Source: Raillietiella orientalis (taxonomy: Eukaryota). Taken from it: a DNA stretch of 64,000 nt. Shown here piece after piece: positions 13,292 to 27,700 of this stretch. The stretch covers positions 5,146,001-5,210,000 of the forward strand of contig JAYWIR010000006.1 in assembly GCA_036172245.1 (NCBI GenBank), in the 5' to 3' direction. The notes under the pieces were generated by a model. It saw only the letters and a program-made list of their open reading frames with translations, made no database searches and was not told the origin of the DNA. The position numbers and the translations under genes were made by a program. How positions within the stretch are numbered: position 1 is the first letter of the stretch; every line of letters starts with the position of its first letter.

Positions 13292-14330
13292 TTACTCGTA
13301 CTCAGCATCCGTCTCAACGGACAGAAGACTGTTCCTTATGGAAGGAAAGAACAAACACTGGATGTTCTTAGGATTCTTCTTCGAGTAGGACTGAGGGGAC
13401 GCGTCCGAAGATTTGCGGAAGAACGAGCGCAGCTGGTGCGGACCGCAGTCGACGATGTTATTGAAGGACTCTGAGGGTGCCTCGGATGCGGTGTCGTCGA
13501 AGTTTGCAAACTGACGCTGCACCGTGTTATCCGCTTCGAGGAACTGGGCGTCGGTTTGGCCGGACGAAGAAGACGGGGGAACCCGAGGGAAAGCGAGCTG
13601 GCCGGCTGTTCCGCTCGTGTCCGAAGACTGGCAGACGCCATCACTCTGATCGCCGGTCTCGCGGCTGCTGTTCTCTGGGAGACAGGAGCTCGTGATATGT
13701 GACCGGTTCACAGAAAACTGGCTGGAATTGCTGCTCAGTATGATGGTCAGACCGGAGTTGGAATGTATCTCCGGGCGGATGGTTATGTTTTTGCTGCCAG
13801 ACACGAGCTCTTTCGGAAGCTGGATGATGTAAACGGGGTTGGCATTTTCGTTTGTTTCGCCTCCGGCATCACGCAACTGCAAGACTTTTTCTGTGGGGAT
13901 GGTAGGCCCGGCATTTTCAGGGATGCTCGTGCATCTGCTGCTCGAAGTACCATTTTTCTCTTTATATTCCTCCTTTAAGTCCTTCAGGAACAATTCCTGT
14001 GCTTGTCTGATCCAGGCTTCATCATTCAGTTCTTGTGCGACAGGGGAACTGGAGGAATCCTCATTCTCCTGAAGAGTGCATGCGCCTTCCTTATTAAGCA
14101 AAACGGAATTGGAAACAGGCTACCTCGTAGAGAGCTGCGTCTGCTTTTTCGGGACCGAGCAGACGATACAGATAAATTTCTATTTGCTCTCTTGGAATGG
14201 AGAATTTCGGGGGTAAGCAGAGAAGACAGGACAGATCGCACATGTAGGTCTGGATGCACTGCAGTATCTCCGAAAATTTCCTTTCCATTTCTGGTGAAAA
14301 ATCTGCTTCATGGAATTCCTTAAAGAGACA
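13292..14330 (-). CDS. Exons of an uncharacterised, largely low-complexity protein (gene may extend up to ~16200); could be a pseudogene
   Basis: 269-aa Ser/Glu-rich ORF at 13292-14101, preceded by a helical-looking exon (CLFKEFHEADF..LLGPEKADAALYE) with a pyrimidine-rich acceptor at ~14333. Further candidate exons at ~14816-14900 and ~15075-15120, and a strong donor (G|GTAAGC) at 16171 below a CpG-rich patch at 16270-16380. No domain recognised. Confidence 0.4.
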
Positions 14331-16574
14331 CGCTAAGATGGAAGAGAAGAAGCATCCACAAACAGTGCAAAAGGGATGCAAGTCGTTATCTCCCAAAACA
14401 TATCAGTCTTCCCTGCGTGGGGTGTTTTTGATGAGAATACTGATCAAAAATGTTCTAAACAAACATGAAATATCAATTTTGGAAGAAAAATTCAATATCC
14501 CTCCTATCAATTTTTCATTATTCTTGAAATCAATGGAAGCATCCAATTATGCAGTTCTCAGTCAATTCCCGCCCCATAAGTATCCAATGTCTTTTTCCGA
14601 TTATTTGCTTAATGAAATTAAAAAGTCTGCTTGTTTATTAAGCATTCCAAAATTTTTCATCACACTGTTGATAAAAATGCACTGTGATTCTACATTTTTT
14701 AAAAAAATTACATTATGCTTTTACTAGGAAGGAAGGAGGGAAAAATAAAAAAAATAATTATGTTCACAGCTCAGGAAGCTCTGGATTTCTATTCAAATGA
14801 ACAAGGACAATATAATACCAATATTTCTTTAGCGATTTTATCCAACTTCATGGTCATCTGATTGAATGAATGCCAAGAACTCATAGATGGACTTGCTTCA
14901 TCCTGGAAAGAAGAAAATTGCTTATCTTTGCAATAGAAAGGGAGTCCATTACAACACAATGATTACAATTGCAACAAAAAGATTCTTGCCATTAATTTCA
15001 TCACTAGTGTCCTTTTCGAGTAGCAAAAACTATTTCTTAAAAGTTTTTTTATTATAATTATTGCTATGGATACTTGACTACCATACGGCTGATTTGTTTT
15101 TGCAAGTACTATCTGGTCGTCTGAAACAATGTAGAGCAACATATTTTCGACACTGTAGCGTTTTTATGGATATCCAAAGATAAGGACCAAAAGTTTGTGA
15201 AAATGAAAAGGCAATTCTCTTTAGAAATAATGCTTGCATGTATAGCCCATGGTTGCATGAAACTGATTTATTTTTATTCTTAGTATTTGGAAATTTCAAT
15301 TGCTACTCTTACATGTGGTGACTGGTATGTTTATGAAATGACTCTTGGGAATCTCATAAATTCTAGAGCACAAAACTTCAAATCAGTTTCATTTCAGTAT
15401 CCTATTAAAGAAAAAAAAAGAAACTGTTTAGGATTTTCCTACTTATGTTCAAATTTAAGAATTTAATCGGTTCATATGACTAATATCTTTATCAGTTTGT
15501 ATAAGTAGTTTAATTCAAACAAACGAACTACAACAAAAATCGCACCTTCATGTATTCATACAACAGAATTTCGTCTCTGAGAATGTTTCCCTTGAGACTT
15601 CGTTACCATAGTCCATGTACCAACATGGTTAGCATTTGTTTTATTGCTTTTTACAGTTTTATGCTTTCATCTATTGTAAATTGTATAATCAGGTTATAAA
15701 GAACATGCTTTGAAATCGCATTATATTGAAAATTTGAACAGTTCTCTTTGATTCATCATAACACTAAATGCATTCTCGAGATACTAAGAAAATTCCCCGA
15801 AATAAACCTACAATGGATGAGAAGTACTCAAATGTTCATATCTTTATTCTGATCTTTAGAGATGGGTGTTTCCCTAAAGTTGGAATTATGGTTTTTATTG
15901 CCGAAAGGTCGAAAATCGTCCCAGCCGTGTTGTTTTTTAGTGTGATATCCTGTTCTTTGTACGCATTTACAAAATGGATCCCATTTGCGCTCGCAGCAGC
16001 TAATTTTTCGGTTCACGTAGCCGTGGAATGTGAATTCGAATGGGAAAAAAAGTATGCATGTTTTTTTTAAAAGATGCATTAAAATCATCCTTCTCTGCTC
16101 TCCCATTTCATGTTTGCGTGCTCAGGTTTCTCTGAAAGTGCTCGGTTATCCCTGCAGGTTTCCGAGCTTACCAAGGCAGTGAGATTCTTAATAAATGAAT
16201 GTTTTCTAAATTAATCACCTCAGGATTTTACAGTTTGCATTGTAAAATCAACTGATTTCAGGTTTTACAATTGTGGATCGACGACAACAGTTTTGGAGGA
16301 CAGCCGCTTCCATCTGGCTGTTGATTATACCCAACAGCGCACTCGCAACAGCACCGCTTTACCGACATCCCGAAACGGGGTTTACTTTATTGCAGTAATT
16401 TTTGCAGGAAAAACAATTGTTGGATTATTCTTTCTGGGATGAACAACTATATCAATCCTTCCAAGCAAATGATTAGAAAATAATGCTACATTTTCCGATT
16501 TCCAAAATTTTTTAAATGATCTTAAGTGAAACTGTAAGTGAAATAAGTAATCCTCAAAAATTGAGATAATTTCT

Positions 16575-19414
<2,840 letters not shown>

Positions 19415-19711
19415 TACTTAAACATGTAAACATTTATTGCTCACAATTTAAGCATAATAATGAATACTTGCATTTTGTATCATGTCCTGGAAATATTTAA
19501 TTTTTATTCATAGTTTCTACTATTTCGCGACAGATACATTGAAAAGCAAAGTACTCTTATAAGTTCTCCAAATGGCTAAATTCGTGGAAACACGAGCAAA
19601 CTATTTACAAAGAATTGAACCACAGAGTTTTTTTTTTTTTTTTTTTGGCACATGAACCGCTCTACATAAACCTATACAAACAAGCATGCACGCTCGGAGC
19701 TAAGATTTTGT

Positions 19712-19724
19712 CCACTAGAGGGCA
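19712..19724 (+). promoter_or_regulatory. CTCF-like motif upstream of PRPF40A
   Basis: CCACTAGAGGGCA matches the CTCF core consensus CCACYAGRKGGC, about 300 bp upstream of the PRPF40A ATG and at the edge of a TE-derived block. Motif match only. Confidence 0.4.
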
Positions 19725-19809
19725 AGCATATTCAAAACAAATAAGTCCTCACTAGTGTACACTTATCTCTGGCAAATTCGTTATTTGTCTATACTGCAAC
19801 TAAGCATTC

Positions 19810-20300
19810 GTCTCTACAGTTTAATGGTGGCCGTCTTCAAGGTTTGATATCCCTAGGACTTCCTCCGTTCCTGCATGCAGCAGCACGCAAAAACTTGGAA
19901 AATTTCGGAATCCCTACAGATTTGCTCACTCCCTGTAAAAAAAAAAAAAAAAAAAATGAGTGAAATCCGATAAATAGTTGCGACGGCTGCAGGGTCCAAA
20001 CAGTCATTCAAATATGCTGAATGGAACACGGAGGCTTTCGTGGAAAGCTTCCTGCCAGACATCGGAACGGATGGCCCTTGAAATTGCTTTTGGAACGGAT
20101 CACATCGCAAACGTTCGTGGATCTCAACAACAACAACAACAAAAAGAGCCAGTAATGAGTAGGAGTGTGATATAACGACTTATAGATTAGATAGATTTTT
20201 CGCTCGCGAGACTTGAGATGCATGGAGGAAGCAACCGCTCCATCCCTCAGCAGCACGCAATCAATAATTAGATGCAACCCGCTCTCAGCTTCTCCTCTCC
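19810..20300 (+). mobile_element. Possible degraded PIF/Harbinger transposase remnant
   Basis: GLPPFLHAA (G.PGS.HDA-like), KQSFKY (FNY-like) and RMALEIAFG (R..VE.AFG) occur in order across broken frames. Confidence 0.3.
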
Positions 20301-20539
20301 GTGCCCAAAAAAGGGTTTGTCGTTGCAGAGATCGACAGACCACAAGAGTTACACATACGTGTCAGCTCTCAGCCGACGGCGTTTCATGCAATTCTTTAAA
20401 CTCTTGGGTGTTGACGACATTCAATGACTGGCTTTCTCTGTCAAGAAGAAAGCAACAGAATCCTTCAGCACTTTTACGTGTACACGTGCTGTAGAATGTT
20501 TCCCATAGTTATTCAAGTCCCTGGAAGAAAAAAGGGAAG

Positions 20540-20589
20540 CTCACGGGCTCCGTGGCCTTTTGTCTTCAAAAGGCCACGGAGCCCGTGAG
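20540..20589. repeat. Perfect 23-bp inverted repeat with 4-nt loop
   Basis: CTCACGGGCTCCGTGGCCTTTTG (20540-20562) - TCTT - CAAAAGGCCACGGAGCCCGTGAG (20567-20589); the arms are exact reverse complements. Confidence 0.95.
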
Positions 20590-21523
20590 ACACTGAGTTG
20601 CTTTCTGCACGCCTATGCGATCTGCTGGATGCATCTTTATAGATGTTGGATCTTTGTAAACAGAACTATAGAACATTTCTTCTAATCTACTCTGTCCTTA
20701 GTAAATCCCATGCAAGAGGAGTATTGCTCCAGCGGCAACCAAACGCGACAAAAAGTGAATCAGTCAAGCATTTCACATAATGTGGGATTGAACGCACTAC
20801 TTGACTCACTTTGCAAGCATCTAAATATCGGTAAACCAGGCAAAATCTATTGTTTCCTTGGGTATTTATTTAAAACATAAAGTCAACTGTTTACTTTTAT
20901 TAGCTCTCCGTTCGATATTATGTGAATTCCCTGATAAATACTTATTTCTTGACATAACTCTGATATTTTTTTTTTAAAGAAAAGTATTTCGAAAATGATT
21001 ATCCAGGTGAATTATACTCAATAAATGCAAATAATACCCCACCCTCAAGTATTATCAGTAAAAAAATCAAATGTTACAACTTCATTCAGTACCTTCATTT
21101 GTTGAGCTCATTAACAAATACAATCATAAGAATCAACACAAGAATTCTAATGTCTAATATCTCAGAAAGTCCATTAGGTTCATGATGGTTTTGAAGTTTC
21201 TAAACCTAAATGCAGTTACATTTCTAGAGTACTACTTTAACCGAGTAGCTTATCACTGACTTTTTTTTTTTTTTTTTTAACCGTACATGTCCTTTCATCT
21301 TCAGCAATATCTTCAAAACTTGCAGACTTAATACTTTCTTTAGAAAAAATAGCAAATCTAGGGTTTTATCCATGCGAAATTTTGTTGGATATCGACATAA
21401 TCCCGGGTATTTTTCACTGCTTTACTAGTGTCGGGTGAAAGGGTGGGACGAAGAGCTTCCTGCATTTCTTTGAACAAGCAAATTTTGAGTTCTCCCATTT
21501 TTATTCCTCTGAGAATTTAATTT

Positions 21524-21564
21524 ACGGCTTCTCGGCCTTTGGGCTAAGATCAAAGTGTCGTTTG
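21524..21564 (+). pseudogene. U2: U2 snRNA 5'-fragment pseudogene (~40 nt)
   Basis: ACGGCTTCTCGGCCTTTGGGCTAAGATCAAAGTGTCGT versus the U2 5' end ATCGCTTCTCGGCCTTTTGGCTAAGATCAAAGTGTAGT. Similarity stops before the Sm site. Flanked by the direct repeat TTTAATTT (21516-21523 and 21565-21572). Confidence 0.85.
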
Positions 21565-23345
21565 TTTAATTTCCTTTGAAGAGAGACAAGAGAAAAATGT
21601 GCTTGCAATGAATCTGTAGTAAAAATATTCTGGTTTTGCTGAATTCAAATTTGAGAAAGCGAATTCCACATGTCCATCAGTAAATGGAAACTGTCTGCTC
21701 ATTTTGTTGTGATCGGTCTTTTTTTTCTTATTTTGAGTCTTTCTAAAATGGCTAATGTAGCAAATTGCTCATGTGCTTATTCCTAAATTTTAATGGATGG
21801 AATCGAAGGAGCAAATGTACGAATCCTTTCATGCCATTTGGTGCTTTAGGAATTTTTCCGAAAGCTTTGAAACTAAATTCAGAGCAACCCAATGTGACAT
21901 AGGAATCTCGAACTGCCATTTGAAAATTCAAGTTCTGAAGCATTTTTTTCTTTTTTTTGTCAAGTGGGGTGGTTATAGCAAGTGGTTATGAAAGAGTGAT
22001 GAAAACGTTTCACCACTCTTTCATTCACAACGAATTAATTTTTAAAAACTGCATGTACATAACTTCCAGGAAATTACGGAATTTGATTGCTAATTAAAAT
22101 AAATGCCATGGATGAAGGCTGCTGACTTTAACAATGCTGTTTTAATTCAAATTGTGGTTGAATTCCACAAGCAGTGCAAGCAAGACTTCTGTGTTAATAG
22201 AATACGGTCATAGTGTGGCATAAGAAAAACAACCCGGATAATACTTAGGTGGTAAACGCATCCAAGGAGCTTTCTTTGTCGAAGCGGGAAAGACTGGTTG
22301 TGGTGCACAAACGAATTAGATATACCGCAAGGTTTTCAAGTAAACGCCTGTAAAGGTTACGGCATTTCTTTCTCGCTTGAACGAGAAAAGCAACTTTGCG
22401 GATAGGTTGAGTTTTAATTACGATCAGAAACATGATTCCGTTTATTAAAATGTTAATAAAATTTGATTTGCATAACTTGAGGTACTTTTAATAAAACCCA
22501 CCAACACCATGCATTTGGTGTTTTATGGACACATCACGAACCGTTTGTAAACATCCCAAACACGCGGGAAAGGTGTGTAAGTATTGGCGCCGACATTGAC
22601 TAACGCAGGAAACTGTGGTTACACTTTGGAAGTAACTGTGATAAATGTACCTTATGCTGCAAAACTTGTTTCTTCACTTGCACATTGAGGCTCTGTATGA
22701 TGAAGGGATACTGCAGGAATTAAAACGATCTGCACAGAAAGAATTTCCACCAGCAATAATGTAAATGTGAATGCTGCTTAATAATGTATTTTCAAAACTG
22801 TCTAATGCTGCTAACCAGTCTAATCACGATATTTGACTTGACTCAATTATGAAGTGATCAGTCCAAAGTAGCATAACAGTTTGATGAACCATCCAGAGAT
22901 CAAAACTTCAGGCACAAGGGAAGCACTTGCTTTTTCGTTTCAGGAAGACTGAAATCAACTTAAATGCCCAAGCAAATATTTTTTTGCAACTTATATTATA
23001 TAAAGTAGTCAATGTATTCTACCACATTCAATGTACAATTGTTCACTTGGCATAAAATTTGCAAATATAAAATACACACAAAATCCATTTTTTAAAGCTC
23101 GATAACTAGCAAAAAACTACAATATATGAAAAATGGTGTCATTCTAAAGCACCATATTTTATTATTTTGGGTCACACGCATTTAAAGATTGTCCAAAGTA
23201 CAGTTGGCATGACCATGTTGCCATGAACAAAAGCTACAAAAGTTCAATGTGCTAGTGCTGCACTGTGGGCACTGATGATTTTCATAAAATGAAACCCAAT
23301 GCTTGGGCAGTTACTGGATACTGCTGCCAAAGAGGTATTCTGGTA

Positions 23346-24305
23346 TTAGGCTGGTTTCTGAGAACCTTTTTTACCAATAAGGGACTTATGTATATGAGGA
23401 ATAACACCTAAGGAATAATTGAATTACAAGAGCACTTAATGGATAAATATCACCTCCTCCTGCAATGGTTGCTTTAATTAAGCTGTCCAGTTCTTCATCA
23501 CCTCTAATTGCTAACTGTAAGTGTCGTGGTGTAATCCTTTTAACCTTCAAGTCTTTACTTGCATTGCCTGCTAATTCCAGAACCTTAATCATTGTTAAGT
23601 TGTTATGTCAACATACTAAAAAAACTATATACCTCTGCTGTAAGGTATTCCAGAATTGCTGCACTGTAAACTGCTGCAGTTGCTCCTACTCTTCCATGGC
23701 TTGTTGTACGGTTTTTCAAGTGCCGATGTATACGGCCAACAGGAAACTAAAAATAAATTTTAAATTATCAATTGAAACATCATTCTGATGGCTAATAAAA
23801 TTTTGTATGGAATTCGGTAAATCAACTTGCATACATCCACTCAATTTATGTGACCACTTTGAAACATACAAATTCAGAGTTTTTACCTGTAATCCTGCTC
23901 GTGCCGATCGTGAAACAGCTTTAGCCTTAGCCTTTCCGGAATCTTTTCCTGCTTTGCCTCCAGCCTGATAAACAGTTATTCGATTAGAATTTAATGAAAG
24001 CTTGATTAAAAGTTCATTCTCGATCAAATATGTTGAAACCATAAATGCCAAATTCAACCAACCAACTACAAAATCATATGTTTTTTTTTTTTTCAAAAAA
24101 ATGGGCAGAATGAAAGCAATGGAAAGCTTTCCGACATAATTACCGCGTTACTAAATTGACATGCTAACGTAAAGAATTTGGAAGTTATAAAAGAACAAAA
24201 TACGCTAACGAGCAGTCAATTAAATAATTTCGCGTGAAAAAGCGTAAATCAACCTGCAAAAATGTACTGCGTGAAAGCACTTCCAGAAATCGGATTACTT
24301 ACCAT
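23346..24305 (-). CDS. His2Av: Histone H2A.Z/H2A.V, exons 24303-24305, 23887-23964, 23633-23746, 23454-23583, 23346-23407 (128 aa)
   Basis: [128 protein letters not shown]. Exon sizes 3/78/114/130/62. No terminal SQ(E/A)Y extension. Confidence 0.98.
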
Positions 24306-24309
24306 TTTT

Positions 24310-24720
24310 AAAGGATGAAGACTCAGCGTACGTTTTTGTCAATTTGAAATAGTCAGGGTACGAAATAAACTAAGCCCGCCAAATCTGACGCTAGTGTTAA
24401 CGCTTCTGCAAGTCAAAAATGAACCAACCAATAATGTGCACACAGTGACGTCACGAATAATGGCAACGTAAATTCTGTAATAGTTTTCAAAAAAAAAAAC
24501 CTTCTTCACAGAATAGAATGACAAACTCTCGTGTACAGTTGCAAGCAGAAACTATTGAGAATACGGAAAAAAAGGAAAAAGAAATGAAATCAAGATCAGC
24601 ACGTTTGTAGTGTGCATTCGTTTTACCTATGAAACGCGAAATTTGGCCGAAGTGTGCTTTGAAAAACGCAGCGTATCGCACAAAATCATTGGAATCGTTA
24701 CTACTGGGAGATTGATGTAA
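24310..24720. promoter_or_regulatory. CpG-rich, probably bidirectional promoter upstream of H2A.V
   Basis: E2F-type TTTGGCGGGC on the minus strand (24374-24383), CCAAT (~24428), perfect CRE palindrome GTGACGTCAC (24445-24454) and TTTGAA (~24343). Candidate plus-strand donor GAT|GTAAGA at ~24717. Confidence 0.55.
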
Positions 24721-27700
24721 GAAAATGTAGATTGGGAATTTTAACCCGAGGTTCGGTTGTAAATTTAACACTTGTAAATCATCTATTTCCATCTGGATAT
24801 TTGATGGGCTTCGCATTCGTATCACTGCAAGGGAAAATGCAAAATTTGGTGATTTTTATGAGGAAAAACTGGAAGACCAGATTCAGCAAACTTTATTTTC
24901 TTAAAGCGCAGAATTCGGTTCAAGTTACACTCGAAAATTGCATTTCACTTTGTCACAGTCGTCAGAATCTGCCCAATTCCTCTGAATGCTGTCCAGCACA
25001 CTCAGTAAATAACTCTGTCATCATTTTAAACCAAAACAGGCAATTCAGTCATGCACCCATACATAGCTACAACAGCAATTGAACTTCATAAATCACAAGG
25101 TTATTTTAGACAAGGGAACAGAGTCTGGAGGCAAATTATTAAATACATAAGATGCTAGTGAAGAGTATAATATGATATGTATCTACCTTGGAGCACTGTT
25201 TCCTTCATTGAACCCACAGTCATCACTTTATAAGCAGAAAAACAATGAGATTAATAAACAGAGTGCATAAAAGATGGAGGATTAATTTTATCATTCAGAA
25301 ATGGAAGAGGATACTGTGCCTGAATGTTGGCCATGAATTACTGGAGTGATTTTTCAAGTTTTTTCTCACTACAGAAAAGTGAGAATTCATCTTCTGGGTT
25401 TTTGATTGAGTAATAAAAAAGGATGGATAGTTCAAATAGTTCCAATGGTCATCATGGGAAGATGCGATCTGAAAATGTTCGATAGTCAGGAAACGGCAAA
25501 GTTCTTGATCAGAACGTCTTTTGAAGAGAAATAACTTGTAAATGCAAAATACAAGCACCCAACCAAAATACTGAATAAATATTGTCAACTAAGTGAATGG
25601 AGTAGACTGTAAAAGCCTCTAAAAACACTTATTGGATGCCTTTCGAAAATTAAATGAATTTACAACTAAAACAGTGAATTGCATTTTTCAATGAATTCAT
25701 TTATGAGCTAATTGGAATTTAAAAGTGATCTTCCAGTTACCAAAATGCTCGAATTACTGTTTTGTGCTTTCGATATTGAACTTTTACATACTGCATTAAG
25801 TATATAGGTAGACCATCTACAAATTTAAGTCAGTCTCCGAGCAGTTATACTAACAAATAATCTTAGAAATGTGAAAGGAATAAGTTCGGAAACCTAGATC
25901 CACTTGTCTCCTTGAATATATATCAGAAAGCGTTCATAAGTAATTACTGGAATGATAGACTTAAGTACAAATACTTAACTAATATTTTCATAACTGTAGA
26001 GAACAAATTTTACAGAGTCAATGTGATGGAGATTACGAAAGCGATGTAAGCTGTGAAATACATCACGGTACGGAGAAAATGCACTTGAAAGAAAAGAAAT
26101 ACATTCGAAAAAAAGTGGGCATGTTTTTAAAGATAGATTGAAAAGGCATGCACATAATGAAAAACACAGTGGAATAAAACTGGAATCAGAGTGCGAAAAC
26201 AATATCCCTGGACTGAGCTGCTCTTTTCAAACATGATATCTAGCGGGATGTATGCTATTTTCAAAATTTTTGCATCATACTCCAGAGGGCACGAAATCCA
26301 TCTGCATTGTTTTCTACTTATTTATGCTTGAATACTCAAGCCTTTGCATACCTCTAGAGAGACGAGGGATCTATGGTTCTTGTTTTTGCTATTTCTTTCC
26401 ACACTGAAAGGTCAAGTGCTATTGTAATTTTGCAAACAATTGCAGCTTAATACATTGCGGCTTGCAAACAATTTGATGTCAATTTGAAGTCATTGCCATT
26501 GCCTAATGAAACGACAAGATTGCACTTCTATTTTTCAAGAATTGCTGGACTTTAGATAGAAATATGAACTGTTTATCAAATGTTGAATTCCTGGATAATC
26601 AGCTTGATTAAAGTTGAATAGACATATGTATCATCATTAGAAAAGAGACAGCTTCGAATATGAGCGTCTATAGTGAAAGTCTCTTGTTTGATCCCTTTGA
26701 TGAAAACTTCTTCTCATAACAGACCCCTGAAAGATCAAGTTCGTTGATTTGCCGAATGGCCCCTGGAAATAGTAGCGAGAAGGCATTCAAATCTTGTATT
26801 GAAATGAACATCAAAATAATGATTAGCCACCAAATAAAAACATTCTCCGAGCTTTTACAGATATTTTTTTCAATTCAGCTTGTAAAGTCTAAATCATTCA
26901 CCTTTTAGTTTCTAGATGTCGATTTTGTGTATAAAGAAACATGTTGCATACAAGTTGCCATTCATCTAAAAAGATTGTTGTAAGTTTTGCTTTCGATGAA
27001 AAAGATGATCTCTGAGAAAAAGGTCAAGCGTTGGAAGTAGCAGATTTTTTTTTAGCAATAAAGGTTTCACCACATCTTTTCTGGGAAAGATCGTTTTAAG
27101 AAGCTGAAACTTCAGGAAAGGATGTACTTATGTCTTGTTTACAAGCTCATTTGTGAACCATATTTTGATGAATAAGCATACATGAAACGAAATGATTCCA
27201 TTTGTCAGTAATCTCATTGTTTAGGAGTTTTCATCCATGAATCAACTTTTTTATTGGAGAAAAGGACCAAAACTGATGGATCCTCATTCAAGCTGTATAG
27301 TGAATGGATGGCACTGTCCAGTTCAGACTCCTCACTTTTGTTAAACAGTTTCTGCTATTTGTCAACTAATGTACGCTCTTCATTTAGCATGCCAAACTTG
27401 TTCTTGCGTATTCCGGTGTGATCAAGCTTGTCCATGCATTCATGATTTCTTTGAAGGATAGTATGTAAGCGTCAGAGTTCATTATTCTTCTGCGTTGCAG
27501 TGCTAGCGACGATGCACTAACGAATATCCGAAACAGCTGTACATAGAGTCAAAATAAGAGTAACTGAAATAACGATTTCCAAGTGTCACTTATTTCTGAT
27601 ATTGTTGCCAATCAAAAATGTGCATACCGTTTTGAGTGACAAGGGTACAGGAGTGTTAAGTATACAAATCAGATCCTTAACAAGGATGGCGAACTTCTGA

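Noticed and set aside
22150..22850. Possible further piggyBac remnant
   Set aside because: Only faint motif echoes across several frames; not supportable by eye.
26640..27540. Broken minus-strand frames (for example KEIMNAWTSLITPEYAR, a Tc1 C-terminus-like stretch)
   Set aside because: A single weak motif with no DDE core or TIRs identified.
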